Positions 49,050 through 63,560 of a stretch of DNA of 64,000 nucleotides are shown here, in pieces (the stretch's first letter is position 1; each line of letters starts with the position of its first letter). A program made the translations under genes and the position numbers. This DNA is from Asterias rubens (taxonomy: Eukaryota), in NCBI RefSeq assembly GCF_902459465.1, contig NC_047066.1, positions 6,697,047 to 6,761,046 on the forward strand, given 5' to 3'. The notes under the pieces were generated by a model. That model did not search any database and was not told where the DNA came from. It saw only the letters and a list, made by a program, of their open reading frames with translations.

Positions 49050-49105
49050 ATCTCTTCAAAGAAGTCTAGATGAGGAGGTTGAAGAATATCCAGCGCTCTG
49101 AGGAC
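49050..49105 (-). CDS. NLK: NLK exon (VLRALDILQPPHLDFFEE-)
   Basis: Matches human VLSALDILQPPHIDYFEE. Acceptor ctttgcag|gtc and donor at|gtatcc. Confidence 0.8.
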
Positions 49106-52100
49106 CTGCAAAGAGACAAAAACAAATGGAAGATGTTTTTAAAAAAAATGTGTAAAACACGCTTATTTGTCAACAGTGTTCTGCACAGATCTAATTTCAC
49201 ACCCATGTAGTGTTTGATTCTCTTACGATTTTTGGGGTCGGTCCTCGAACAATTGATTTTATATCAACAATGAAAAGGCAAAAGCTGTTGGGTATAGACA
49301 AGTAGGAGCCAATGAGTCGTGCTTCATCTCCGAGGACTGCATCGAGGGCAATGAGCAGTGCAAGACAGTTCACTAACGTCAACGTCATGTATGTGTAGAG
49401 GAAACTTTTCTGCCTCTGAGTCCAACGAGAATGTGTGCACAGCATTCTTGCGTTCTAAAAGGTGTGCACACTGCAGCTCGGAGATAATATATACTAGCTT
49501 ATGAATTAGATGAGTGTATTGAATGATAAATACGAGGCACAATGGGGCATAAAAATACCCTCATGGACCGCTGGCTAATCAGTCATATTGGCACTCACCC
49601 AGTCACCCTTCAAACAGAACAAGTCTTAGTGCAACAAAACCATTGTACATTTATAATAATTTCTGAAGGTTTTCATTTTGTCATTCCAAACCTCCACCTT
49701 GAGTTAAAGGGAGGGTAAACGTTTGGTAATTGTCAAAGACCAGTCTTCTCACTTGGTGTATTCCAACATAAGCATAAAATAACAAACCTGTGATAATTTG
49801 GGCTCAATCGGTCATCGAAGTTGTGAGAAAATGATGAAAGAAAAAACACCCTTGTTGGACAAATTTGCGTGCTTTCAGATAGGAATAAAAGACTTCTAGC
49901 TAGAAGTCTTTTATTATTTTACCTCTTTCTCAAAAACTACGTTACTTCAGAGGGAGTCGTTTCCCACAATGTTTTATACTATCAAGAGCTCTCCAACACT
50001 CATTACCAAGTCAGTTTTTAAGTTAATATTTGTTTTGAGTAATTACCAAACATGTACCTTCCCTTTAAAGTCATTTCTGGTCCTGTAGAAAGTTCTTAAC
50101 ATCCAGACCTTAGGTCTAGCCACGATAGTCTGCAAGTCTAGCCCAATGTGGAAACATTTTATTGAGAAAGTAAGGGCCGACCTACATGTACATTAGGTTT
50201 ATGTGGATTTATAGACTTTCTACGCTACTTTTTTTGCTGATTTTTTTGAGGGCGAACAACAAAAATCAGAAATCAGATTTAAGTACGGTAGGAAGAATAT
50301 TATCCCTGATATATAAGACCCTTCGGAGACTACTATGTACCATATTTTCTTGCGTATAAGATCTGCCCTATCTGTCTTCCTACATACAGAAAACATCACT
50401 GTGGGTTATCTTACGCCTACGGTACGCCTTATCTGGTGTTGCTTGAAATCAAAGATGATGATTACTGTGTGAAATCTAGCATTATACTGTAAAATAATCC
50501 TTTCACTCCTACATGAGTGATCAGACCTGTTATCATTTTATTGAAATAAAACCTATAGCTGTTTATAGTAGTTTTTAGTTAAACAAGATTCTGGGGAACA
50601 GTGCATACAAGTAGCCAACCATGTTCGAGGTTCAAATAAGTGATAACCCTCGCTGTACATGGTTTTAACATACAACATGTAGCTTTAGCGAGTGTACCAG
50701 TGATAGTTATATTTCTTAATATTTCTAGGAAAATTTGTTTTAAAAGAGTATTTGTGTGCAGATGAGTAATCTTTAGTTCTCAAGTCGTTTATACAAATTT
50801 TTAAAAGCATAATGCATTACTATATTTCATCAATAGAGAGGCTTTTGTGACAGCGTATTCACAAGTTTTTGCATGTTTTGTAGCATGCAAAAATAGCGAG
50901 AACACAAAGACAAGCAGTCTGTTTATTGGAAATGATGGGACCATGTGCGCGCCGCGCTCATTTCAGGGCTCGCTTTCACAGAGCAATAAAATCCATCGCA
51001 AGACAAATTTTCAGTATCACCATAGTGATTTGCATTGTGACATCACACTGTACTAAGCAACTACGACTGATTTGCAGTTACGATCAATTTTAGCTCTTTG
51101 TGAAATCGGCCCCAGGTACCTCACATGGAGACCAAGGACAAAACAAAAATGGGAAAACAAAAGGACTCCATAGGGGCCTTCTAAAGATTGGGGTGCTCCA
51201 TGAAGAAATTTGAGTCTAAAGTCTATTGGAAACTGTTCAGTGCAGGGACAAAGGACAGAAACGAGGATGCATTTTTGTGTGGTGTGTTCTGTGTTGTGCA
51301 AAAAAGAAACATAAATTTGTTGTTGAACTTAAAAAACCCAATAAACCTTATTACAGCTCTACATACTTTTATATTCTTTTATATTCAGGAAACCAAAACT
51401 GTTCCAAACAAACTCAAAATCTTAAGATTCACAAATCCCTAAAGAACAGAATAGTTTTAAACTGGATAATTGGTATTAATCATCGTTCAACGTGAAGAGG
51501 AAAGCACACGTAGACTCCTCACCATTATTCAAAACCACAGAGCCTGTTAAAAAAAACTTACAACCCGCACAGTGCGTACTCGGCAGATGTGAATGAATTA
51601 TTCCTACTGGGAAATTGCCCACATCTGTGTAAGTCGTACTTGTCCCTACACCAGTGCACACACAGCATTGAATGCACCCCCAGGGCTGCCTACATAATGT
51701 GCTTCATGTGAACTGGCCATTCGTGTTTTTGTCCTTTTTTGATAAAATAAAATTCTTGTTGTTGAGTAAGAATATGAAATTGGAGTGCAACAAGAATTTT
51801 AATCGATATTGTGAGTGTATAATTTGCATTCGGAATTAAAACCAAATTGGAAGATAGCATTTCAATGCAAAACTTTTGGAAGATTTAAAAGTGTGTGTAC
51901 ATGTACTTGTAGTGACATTCAGTACATTCTAGGGCCTACAACAATAGGGACAATAGGTTGCTTTCACCATATAGCTCCATGCTTTCACAAAGGAAAACAA
52001 TTGGCTCTATGTTTGTCAGGTGAAAGAATTGAACGAAGGAGGGTCCATCCACAATTGGACTCAGTTGGACACTTGGGTAATTAGTTCACTCATCTGGGCC

Positions 52101-55100
52101 CAATTCCATAAAGCTGTTCTATTTGGCAGAAAATACTGCTTGACAAATTTGTCTTTGCTAGGTAAAAGTGGAGGGCACCAGCCACAAACAAGGCAAACTT
52201 AATGTTATTTAGGCTGGTAACCTGTTCCTGCTAAGCAATACTTTTCTGTGCTTGACAAGTTTTTGTGCTTACAGGCTTTATGAAATTTGGCCCTGCAACA
52301 GCCTGTGTTAGCATGCTTTTTGCTTTGCTGTCATACGCAATGTTGTAAGTAAAAACGCTGCTAAAAGACCATCTTCTTGCAGGCTATACAGAACTGGCCC
52401 TAGGGGATTGACTTTGGAAATGTTAAAGAAAATTTTGGTTGAATCAAACATGTACGCACGTGTACATGTATGCATTCAGCAATTTATGATAAATCTGGGT
52501 ATTGTGTATCACCCAAGTTGATCAGCCTTGGCTTTTATTCATTTACTTGGTTCAAAAACCAATTTTAGATATCGAGCGTCCTCGTGCAAGAATCTCCAAG
52601 GAACCACAATACGATAGTATTTATACTTCACGTAATAGCTCTAGGCCTTGGTCTATTTGTAGGCAACTAACCTTAATTGTTCTTGCATTGCAATCAGCAA
52701 AATATTTCCCAAAAAATCCAATATTTCGTCCACATTTGTAAATACACTAGTAAATACATTCCAGAATTTTTATTCTTACATGTATGTGCATCCGCAAAGA
52801 AAAATAGATTGCAAATTTTCACTATTAAACTGTACCTAAAATCAGCCCATCCTTCCACATCTCGAATAAATTTGGAATAAAAAAGCGTGGAAGCAGAAAA
52901 TTATTTTAAAAAATGACTTTGTAAAGAATGGAATGGGTGAAGTTCTCTCTGGATGATCATCTTCTGTACAAGCTTATTTTTTCTTGACCAAAATTGTCTT
53001 CCCAGGGCTGATACTTCACGGAGGCAACGAAGGGCGATTGTCTCCATGCCCCTTGGTCATTACCTCCGTGACATTGAAAGACAGTAGAAATTTACAATTT
53101 TCTCATCTAGGGTGCCCTTTACCAAGGAGAAAATGCCTTAGTGCCCTTGCCCTTTTCAAAATTTGAAGCATACAGGCCTACCTTCCATCAATTTGTGATT
53201 CAAACCAGGGCAAGAATGCATGCTTCTATCTAAGAGAGGGGAACACCATTTCAAGTGGGCAATCACTGGGAATCCAACATGGCCACTCGACACTCCGATG
53301 GTCCTCTTCAACCCAATACCCTCCTAATCCCTGACAAGAAAATGAAAATCTTCACTTTTCTACACCACTAACCCTTTCTCCTCACTTTTTTATCTCCCTA
53401 GACCCTTGCATGAGTATAGACACCTTTTAAGTCTTATATTTGAATACATTTAGGGGCCTACAGTAGGCGGCAAACAAAATGGCAATAAAGGTAGAGACCA
53501 GGTTACATCATTTGGTTATATGACTCTGTCAAAAAGTTAGTTATGCAATTAAACGATCTGAAAGCTTATTTTGTTATAAAGATGGTAATGGTAGTAAGCA
53601 TCCTGTGAAATTATTTTTTTCTGAATTGCCCCCCTGTTGATTAGAAATGAAAACATTTGAATCTGAATCACGATTCACTGTATTGAACAAGATTTTCAAA
53701 AACTTTCAGGGAATGATTTCGTAAATTTTGCACAGTGAAATATTTGGACTGAACATGTGTTGTGCATATTAAAGCCAGTGGACACTTTCGGTAAACAGTA
53801 TTGTCCAAGGCCCACATTTCGTGTATCACAACTTATATATAAAATAACAAACCTGTGAAAATTTAGGCTCAAACGGTCAAGGGAGTCGGGAGAAAATAAC
53901 GGGAAAACCCACCCTTGTTTTCGCGCGTTTCGCCGAGTCATGACAGGTGTTTACTATAAATCTGTAATTCTCGTTGTCCAGAATTGATAATTGTTCTAAT
54001 GTTTTCTCAAAAAGTAAAACATTTCATGGAATTATATTTCATGAGAAGTCTTTGACCATTACCTTCTGTAAACCCACTGTGAATTTTTTGTTTTCTGTTT
54101 CTGCTAATATTGAGTAGCAAAATGGTTATTTTCAGAAGCAACTGATCTATACATCTTGTGTAGTGCGATGTAATCAATCATTCAATGTGGTTTGTTTCTC
54201 ATGAGTTCTATTTTCTATGCCTTTTCACCACAAAAGTCAACACTACAATGTTGCCGGAATTCTGAGCAAACTGCCGTACGATAGTCCTTTAAAAAATATA
54301 TTTCATGTCCTTCCAAAGAAAATGACAACACTTAATTGCAGATCTAAGCAATTCAGCATTTTTATCTACTTTCTGTTTTCCGTGAAATCAAGACATTTAA
54401 TACCCCCCGGGATAACTGGCTCCTTCTTCCACCGAGAAGACCGAATGAACGCCAGGGGATATTTGGAGATGTTTTCCCAGAGAAACACCTCTCTATTCCA
54501 GTCAAATTTGTGGTGGGATGTTGGTTGGGGGTGGAGGCAGATGAATGAAGAGATTGGCTGTATCGAATAGAAAATCAATGTAATGAGCACAGTCCCAACG
54601 TCATAACTATACGTGTACTATGGTTTAAAGGCACTGGACACTATTGGTAATTGTCAAAGACCAGTCTTCTCACTTGCTGTATCTCAACAATGCATAAATA
54701 ACAAACCTGTGAAAATTTTAGCTCAATCGACGTCGAATTTTGCGAGATAATAATGAAAGAACAGAACACCCAAGTTTTATGTCACACGAAGCCGTGTATT
54801 TCAGATACTTGATTTCGAGACCTCAAAGTTTAATTCTGTGGTCTCGAAATAAAATTCGTGGAAAATTACTTCTTTCCTTGAAAACTTACTACGTTACTTC
54901 AGAGGAAGCCGTTTCTCAAAATGTTTAATAACCTCTCCCCATTACTCGTTACCAAGTAAGGTTTTATGACAATATTATTTTGAGTAATTGCCAATATTGT
55001 CCACTGCTTTAAAACATACTGTTCTAGTGAGGTCTGGGGGTGTGTTTACAAAATTGCGTAAAGGCAACTTTTCTGCCTCCAAATTTGAAAGTTTGTGCAC

Positions 55101-56304
55101 ACTGCAGCAGCTCAGAAACACTCATTACTAGCCTTTAAATTAGATGATTAGTGTCTTGAATGATAAATACGGGGCACAGTGTGGCATCAAATACCCTCAT
55201 GGACCACTGGCTAATACAGTCATAACACTCGCTCAGTAACTCCCAAACAGTGCTCTAGTGCAACATTGTGCAATTACATGTAGTTTCAAAAATAATAACA
55301 AAATTATTACTACATGGTTCTAACCTAGAATATCTCAAACACAACATGTGATGGATTGGAATTGTAAAACAGGTTGTCTGAATTTTTCTATGACATGTAA
55401 AAATAAATGAAAAAGGTTTTCAGTTTGTTAAGGATTCAATGAGACTAAAACCTCTGGCTAAAGCCACAGACCACTGCTACAGCTTGTGCCACTGCTAAGG
55501 GGTCACAGAGGTCAGTGACCTGTCAGTGACCTGTCAGCCTGAACACTGAAACCATGTGCAGGGGAACAGCAATACCGCAGCTACTAGCAGTGGAGACAAT
55601 AACAACTATTCAAGGAATTTTATGTTTATTTCTACGGCCTTTAATTAATCATTGAAACACAGAGGCAGGTAGAGCTGATTATAAAATTGTCTCTGTGTAC
55701 TCTGTGGCTCTAGTCTTTTGTTTCAGCCGTGCCTTAAAATATTTCAAAAGAAAGATGTATTTTACTAATTTAATTCCTTTTCCTACATGAAAGAAATTGC
55801 TTTGAATCGTCCAGAAGAAGCTTATGGACCCCAAGAGAGATTACATACACACAGTGTTGCCCTTTTAAATAGAAAAGTATTCATTTTCTGAGTTTTGTTT
55901 ACAGCAGCAACGGGCTACCAGTCGAAAAGGCACTTGATGAGCAGAATATTCAATTTCCTCCCACGATGGTTCCCCACCAATAGTTGTTGAATAAGATTTA
56001 AGTTTAGAGCAGCAGTCTCTGCTCTGGGACCCTACCCTGGGGTCCTTGGCATTACATATTATTACTTAATACTTCATCACACTGTAAGAAATAAAATGCA
56101 GCCTGCAAGTTAATTTAAGAGCATACATTGTAATTAGTTGTTACTATTGGTATGTGCATAACAGCATCATCCTGGTGCAAAGTTATCAATTTGTAATGCA
56201 TTGTAATTAGTTGTTTTCCTCATCAAAGCAATTTTTGTAGCCAAAACAGAAATCAAAATCGTCAAGAATAAATTTTCTGATTGACGCAAGCAGGAGGTAC
56301 TCAC

Positions 56305-56434
56305 ATTATCATGATTGAAGAAAAAGAGCATCTTAAGTTCCCGATAGACTCTCTTGCATGAGATGAGATTCTGGAAGACATGGGGCATCTTCTTAAGAGC
56401 CACCCGCTTACCGTCTCGCGGATCTGTCACCGAC
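56305..56434 (-). CDS. NLK: NLK exon. The exon's first base completes Trp, then SVTDPRDGKRVALKKMPHVFQNLISCKRVYRELKMLFFFNHDN.
   Basis: Near-identical to human NLK VTDPRDGKRVALKKMPNVFQNLVSCKRVFRELKMLCFFKHDN. Acceptor ctgtag|g and donor aat|gtgagt. 130 nt. Confidence 0.85.
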
Positions 56435-59400
56435 CTACAGAGGGTGGAGAAAAGAAAAACGACAAGAAAATTGAGAAATGGCCGACTGCATCTTTCTCCA
56501 GTTTATTTAGAGAGCAAACCACAAGCTAAGAATCAAGATATTGGCGAGACACATTGTAGGCAATGATCCAACAACGTGCCCCCCCCCCCCAATCTTCTGA
56601 TTTATAATTAGAGTTGATTTATGGAAGGGTTTGGGGTAATCCGTCAAACCTGTGTACTTTAACGAGTTTGGCTGGTGTTTGATGTTTTTTTCTTAACGCA
56701 TAATACAAAACAATTTTCTTGCAAAATTTACACTGTTGATGACTATATCAGCTAGAAACAGTGGATTTGGAAACCTTAGTTTACGTAATTTGGTGCCAAA
56801 CAAAAGTCAGGAAACAATTTTGTTGTCGAGCAATTTTGCACAGCAACCTATTTTAACTGAATATTTTGTTGTACACCCTGAATGCTAATATTGAGTAGGA
56901 ATTGATGATTCTTGAGAACAGCAACTGGTAAGTTTTTGTAGCACTCTGCTTGCATGGCTATGAAAGGAAATCGTTCACTGCATGCCATCAGAGAAATAAG
57001 ATTGATGACTTTTGTCTGTAATTTCTGTTCAGAAACAACTTTATTATAAAAACATAAAAAGACACTACACAGATTTCCAGGCTGAAACACTGTGCCTGGC
57101 TGCACTGCCATTTGTTGACTGCATAATGAAGCTCTGTATAAGATTAAGGATATAAACTTTCCCTGGATTGTACGATGGCCTTTAGTACTTGCTGCGCAGG
57201 AACGTCAAGCCAAACATGAGTAACAGGACGAAACTACTGCCGTCGGTCGGTACAAGTGTTATTTTTCTGGGCATACATGATTATTTGATTTGATGCAGGA
57301 GGAAACATTACATAAATCATACATAAGTGTTGGCACTGCTGGGAGAAAAGTTTACGCTGTCGGAGTTCTTGGTCTTGTCCCAGCAAGGGAAATGTCATCT
57401 ACTGCATATCATCACCGATTTGTTTATGGAGAGTATTGTTTGATTTTGCCTTTTGTTTCCCTCCAAAGAAACGTTTGTTCAATTTTTTATATTCTTTCAC
57501 TTCTTATTCTTAACTCCTGTTTGCACTACAAGTACATTAGTTGATAAACTACTTGTGTAAACCCTTTGTAAACATGTACAAAATAACTTCCAGACGAAGT
57601 ATAGGTCTACAACTAGTACTTGTATTACCAGAGAAGTCACGTGTTCCATGACACTGACATTCACCGAACAGAAAAGGTCTAGTCTGGATATTAATTTGCC
57701 GATTTTGATAATTTCTGAACAACACATTCACTCTGCAGAACCATATTCCGAGTCAAGTTATAATAATGTAAAACTGTGATTTCTATTTACGCCATGTGAG
57801 ATTGCTTGCAGCATCGAGGGGGATTTACTTTGGATGCTCAATTATACACTGAATTATAACGCCACCGCTCCAGAGATCACTTGCCGTCGAAATGAGATAC
57901 GCACGGCGCACCTGTTAAATCCTCCAGGTGCATTGTTTTACAATACTCAATCCCCATTAGCGACTTTAGTGTAAGAGACCCAACCATCTCATGGATGGGA
58001 ACGTCATCTTGGCCAGAGGGTGTTCGCTCAACGGACTGGGGATGAGGGGGAGAGTAAAGACGAACCGAGGCCAACGTGCTCTCATGTACTGAAGACGTGG
58101 AGACTGACGCCCACTTGGTGACATTTTTAGTGGAATGGTAAGCTACTCTGAACTTATCATTGGAGGTGGGGGGGGGGGGGGGTTTGGGTGAATGCTAGTG
58201 TTAGCATTCCAGTGAGAAAAGAAGTTCTAAGAGAAGTGTGCACTTTGGGAAAATGTTTTTAAGGCTATTATTCTGATGTTTTCATCGACAAAGGGCGAAT
58301 ACCAAAAGTACATTCAAATGATGTAACTCTTGCATCATGAATAGTATAATCATTTTTGCCATTTACCAAGTTTGGCTTACACTTATCATGATTTTGACAT
58401 GTCTTTTTAAGGGCAAACTATGAATAGTGTGAAATTGCATCACACAAGCTGCTTGAAATTGATGAATGGTGCTTTTAAGGAGAATGGTGGAAGAATAGGT
58501 GGATCTTGTTCATGCCGGAATCCATTGTTTATGAGTTTGAAATTAATCATTATGCCCGTCACATTCCATGCTCAACACAACAATGATCAACTGTAAATCC
58601 GACGAGCGAATTAAAGGTACAGCTCCAGGGGATAAGTTTCAGCAAAATATCCACACTGCACGTGTTTTGAATGCACAACATGATGAATTTTGAGCAGCAA
58701 TTTCTAGGCTGTACAAAGGAAAATCATTCACTGCGGTCAACTATGGCTTGAAAACACATAAACTGGTCGAAACTTAGTGCTGACTTAAACTCCTAAGTTG
58801 CCTTCACATGATGATTTCGCAAATCTATCTCCCTAACTTTTGCTTGTGGAAGATTTTGTCCGGATCTTTAAAAAAAAATTGAGAATATTTCATACATCGT
58901 TGTCCTTGCACACAAAGTGCAATTTGTAAAGTTTCACAATCATGCTAAAATAAAGCAAGGGATCCTTGCTAAATTAAATTGCTGTCATGTAAATAGTGTT
59001 GAGCCAAAGGCAGTGACAATTTGGTAGTATATCAAATTGGATTGTGATGCTAAAATTACAACAGTATTTTAATTTGCCGTCGTTGAACTGAGGAAATTTT
59101 GTCAGGAGTTACTCCAAGCTGCTGTATCAAAGTGACAGCAAACGACTGGACAGAAAAAGCAAATACGAAGGCAAAGAATGATGACCTGTTTTTTTTTTTT
59201 TTTAATACCCAAACAAACCTAAACTTAAGTGTAGACACACACACAGGTTCAGTGTATCAATCAATAAAGTGTTCCCAGACACATGTCCACACAAAATGGT
59301 CCAGTATTCCTATAATATCAGCTGACATGTTTTGAAATATTCTAGATTCCAACGAATTAAAACGTTTCATCTTCATCATAGTACTACAATGCCGTACGCA

Positions 59401-60056
59401 GAGGGTCTGAGGTAAATTTGTGCTGAGACCATACACCGATGGATGGCGTCCATGATGTGTACATCAAACACCACAGTCTAATCAACCAACATGGCTTCGA
59501 CCTGCCTGGCCTAGACGTGACCCTAAAAGCTGGGTCGAGGGTAGATGCGTTCATTCATATTGTTCATAGAAGCATCCACCGCAAGATGACCCGGAATTAG
59601 ATAGTGCTTCTCTGGTCCTTACGACATGGAACACAGTCCGAGCTAATTACGGACCAATATAGCTGAGTCAATGTTTGATTATCACCAAGCCTTGAGATGG
59701 AACTGTACTAGTCTGGTGCTATTGGGCTTCGTCGGTGCTTCATAAACGCAGATATCGAATTGTAATGATTAATCAGAGAAGTGGAGGACTGACTGAGTGG
59801 GGCGAAAATACTACACAAACATTTAATTATTTATTGTACCGGTACTGGTAAGGATTGGTTATCAATTACACTCAACTTGGATACAATTGGTTGGTGGTTT
59901 TTTTATGGAATACAGATTCATACGACTGGTGAACTTTGAATGGCCTAGATGTTTGGGGAACTGGTTCAATTAAAATTAAATGACTGTACCACATGTGTGG
60001 CCATGCTATGTACATGTATGTAAGATTCATCTTTATTTTGAACAAGCGGCAACAGT

Positions 60057-60440
60057 TAAAGGCAGTGGACACTATTGGTAATTGTCAAAGATTAGCCTTC
60101 ACAGTTGGGTATCTCAACATATGCATAAAATAACAAACCTGTGAAAATTTGAGCTCAATCGGTCATCGAACTTGCGAGATAATAATAAAAGAAAAAACAC
60201 CCATGTCACACGAAGTTGTGTGCGTTTAGATGGTTGATTTCGAGACCTCAAGTTCTAAATCTGAGGTCTCGAAATCAAATTCAGGGAAATCTACTTCTTT
60301 CTCGAAAACTACGTCACTTCAGAGGGAGCCGTTTCTCACAATTTTGTATACCATCAACCTCTCCCCATTACTCGTCACCAAGAAAGGTTTTATGCTAAAA
60401 ATTATTTTGAGTAATTACCAATAGTGTCCACTGCCTTTAA
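60057..60440. mobile_element. MITE family A copy
   Basis: Near-identical to the 30478 copy across its whole length. Confidence 0.85.
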
Positions 60441-62899
60441 TGCGAAGTCTTCTTTTATTTGGAATCTTAGTTACTTTTATGCAACCTTGTTTTTTAAGGG
60501 GAAAACATGAAAACTTATGCTCTAAATTAATTTTTTTTCTTTGTACAGGAAATTTCGTTTTATGTAAGAAGTGAAATATTTGTTCACAATTCACATACAA
60601 TTAGTTTTCAGGTTTCTGCGACTATGGCTTCTCGCTTGGCGGCTGAACACTGAACATTGAACTTCCATTCAATGGAAGTGCCCTTTGCATGAAAGAAATG
60701 GCCTTGCCCTCTCAAAAGATAAAATTCTACACACCAGTGCACATTTTGTTCCTAGATAACAACTGATAATTAAAAAAAAATTGTGCTCACTAAGCACAGT
60801 GTGTATTATGTGCAACACATAGGAGATAATTACAGTTCACCATTCACCAAGGTCTTCCATGGTTGCACTGTATCCATTCATAGAAGAGCAATTACACTAC
60901 TGACCCCTTTTACACCATACAGAAGATCCTGAACCTCTGTCCAGTCTTTAAAAGCCTGATCCTGTACCCTTAATCTAGGTGTGAAGCCACACAGCACAAC
61001 AAAAAACTGCCTGGGAAATTTTCCTCACACCTGGGCCCCGGCAAACACTGTGTATACGTGCAAGTCTTGCCCAAAGTGGCTAAGTTCAATATTTACGCTA
61101 TTGGGTCCCCAGCATTGGTGAACAATGCCCCCATCAGTCATGCTGGGCTTATTCTCAAAGGCTTGGGACTAAACAACAAAAAGTTAATTCTTAGGCTCTT
61201 TTTGGAGGCTCCCACTTTGCTCTGGTGCTGGCTCGGCGTCCTTTTCATGTTAATTACAGATTAGGACTAAATGTTGTTAGACTTAGAATGGACTTGCATA
61301 CACCATAGTTATCTATGGATACACTGAACAATGTATGGTTTGTAAGTTTTGTGCCTGGTCTTAAAAAACCTTTCCAATACATGATGCATTGTGTTATCAT
61401 GGTAAAAGGAAATAAACCACACTTCAAATCAATAGGTTTTTTGGTGTCCTTCATGTACTTTACATTCACAGTTTCAGTCACAATTTAGCATTTAAGTTAC
61501 ACCACCACAGGTAATGTTGGTTGGTCGTTAGATGTTTGCAATCAGCATTTTCCTTTGTTTCCATTAGAATCAATTCTGGTTCGGATCAATTCACACACCT
61601 TTACTTTTAGATTAGTGTTTTTTCCCTGCTGCCTAAAAAGTGGGTTCAGTAAAGTCTATCAAACAGGCATTATTTGGTCTTGGGGAAAAAAGTGAACACT
61701 TTATGGAGTGCAGTGCAAGGGCTGACCAACAGAGGTGTAGGCCTTAGACTTTTCACTTCAGGCCTTAATAACGAGAATTTTTTCTTATTTTTCCAAGAGT
61801 AAAAAAAAATGGAAAAAAGACTAACGTGGGAGGAATATCAAGCCTGGTCTATTGACTGACATCCTGACGTCATCACCAGTGCCAACTCTTTATGCCATTT
61901 TGGTTAAATGCCATTTTGAGAGTCGCATTCCACGTGTGTTTACTGTGCAGTGCTCACGTAAGACACATGGTCTTTACATGCAAAATGGCACACCATGGAC
62001 AGACAGTAGCCTACTAGTTTGACGTCAGTGCACGGTGTCCATGCATAAAAACAAACAAAAAACCCAATAGAATCAGGTACTGCAACATCAAAATGTCAGA
62101 TTGTTATGTTTTATGCCCAAAAGGGAACTCTTTGTGCTTGCCTCATGGCCTACCGGAACACCAGGCTGTTGAGCTCTTTGGCAAACGTGACAGGCAAGAG
62201 TCACATAATTGTTACTTGATGCAGTTTGTACATTGAGCTTCTTGTGGTTTAAAAAAAAAAAAGCATTTTAACACTAACACATGCCTCACAAGCTTTTCTT
62301 GTGCACTGTCTGGCCTGACTAATACTAAGGTAATTGGTGTGATAAGGTTACATAACTTGGCACTTCAACCAAAATGCACTGCTTAACACCAGACCACTAC
62401 CAGCAGGCATCACGCCTTTGTTCCGAACAAACACTGACTGCTGACTGAGTGTAAAAGTATAATAGTACACTTAATACAACCAGATACAACCATCCATATA
62501 GTCCTACATGTTCGAAGAAAAAAAGAAAACAAGAAAAGAAACATGCAGATTTAACCCATGATGGAAAATTATCCTTCCAGACACATTTAAATCAATAGTG
62601 TGGGCCTAATCAATATCAGTCAATACTCTAATAAAGTTCTCTCATGCGTCCCATGCTTTGATTCTAATGTTAATGGTTTGAAAAGCAAATTTGGCTAGCT
62701 CTACAAAAGTCAAAGTAGAAACAAACAGCCCCTAAAAAAAATTGTTTTCAATCCCAACCTACAGATATCCTGTTTTCTTGAAGATCAGGACGTGTAAACA
62801 CGTTCAAAATAACATGATTTCTGAGAAACTTTATTTCCTTGCTTTCAATGTGTTCCTTTTGTACCACCATGGTCTTCATAAAGTTGGGGTTTTTCTAAA

Positions 62900-63560
62900 A
62901 TATATCATCATACACCATGCTCGTACCTAAATGAAAGTAAAAATGACAGTGTAAAAAATTTCTGGAAGGTTTTCCTGCTAATTGTCCGGCTACCAATCTA
63001 AACCAATCTTTCGTGGGAATGTCAATGGAAAGTAGCTCATCCCATGTATATAATCCATATCTAGGAAAGGGGGGAGGTATGGAATGGATAGATCCAACAG
63101 GTACATAGGTCTAATTGTTCAAATTTACCTTCTTGCTATACATCACGCAAAAAAGTCACCATGAAAGTAAAAATGACATTGAGAACATTTCTGGAAGATA
63201 TTCAGGCTGCTAATTATCCAGCAGCCAATTTCACGAAACGCTAGGATTAATCCTAACTCGAGTTAGGACGAGTAGCCCGTCCTTACTTAGGATGGGTTCA
63301 ATTCGTCCTACGTATTTCGATACGGAACTTAACCCCTCCTAAGTCATAAGATGAATCCTAAGTTAGGAAGAGTTTGGTGAAATCAACGGCTGGTAGCATT
63401 AATTACAGATCTACAATCATTTTTGTGGGAGGAGTATCAATGGAAAATGTTGTAGCTAAAAATAGAATCAGGGGGGGGGGGGTCCCAATTGAAATGGACA
63501 GATCCAACAGGTACACTTGTTCAAATTTACCTTCTGGCTGTACACATTACGTGAAGGAAT
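62900..63560. repeat. Tandemly duplicated ~250-bp segment (…ggaatggatagatccaacaggtaca…ttcaaatttaccttct.gct.tacaca…) interrupted by a family-C MITE at 63225-63375
   Basis: Blocks 62920-63225 and 63400-63560 share long stretches of identity. Confidence 0.6.

Noticed and set aside
49430-49690. ~200-bp segment shared with 55070-55260, considered as a segmental duplication of MITE plus flank
   Set aside because: The order relative to the adjacent family-A MITE differs between the two sites (repeat then MITE versus MITE then repeat, in the same orientation). It is more likely an independent low-copy repeat, and there is too little evidence to define it.
57877-58074. Pro/His-containing minus-strand ORF (…SPPHPQSVERTPSGQDDVPIHEMVGS…) as the NLK N-terminal exon
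   Set aside because: No GYGAFGVV glycine-loop motif and no donor giving the required phase-2 junction into WSVTDPRDGK. The resemblance to the His/Pro-rich NLK N-terminus is compositional only.
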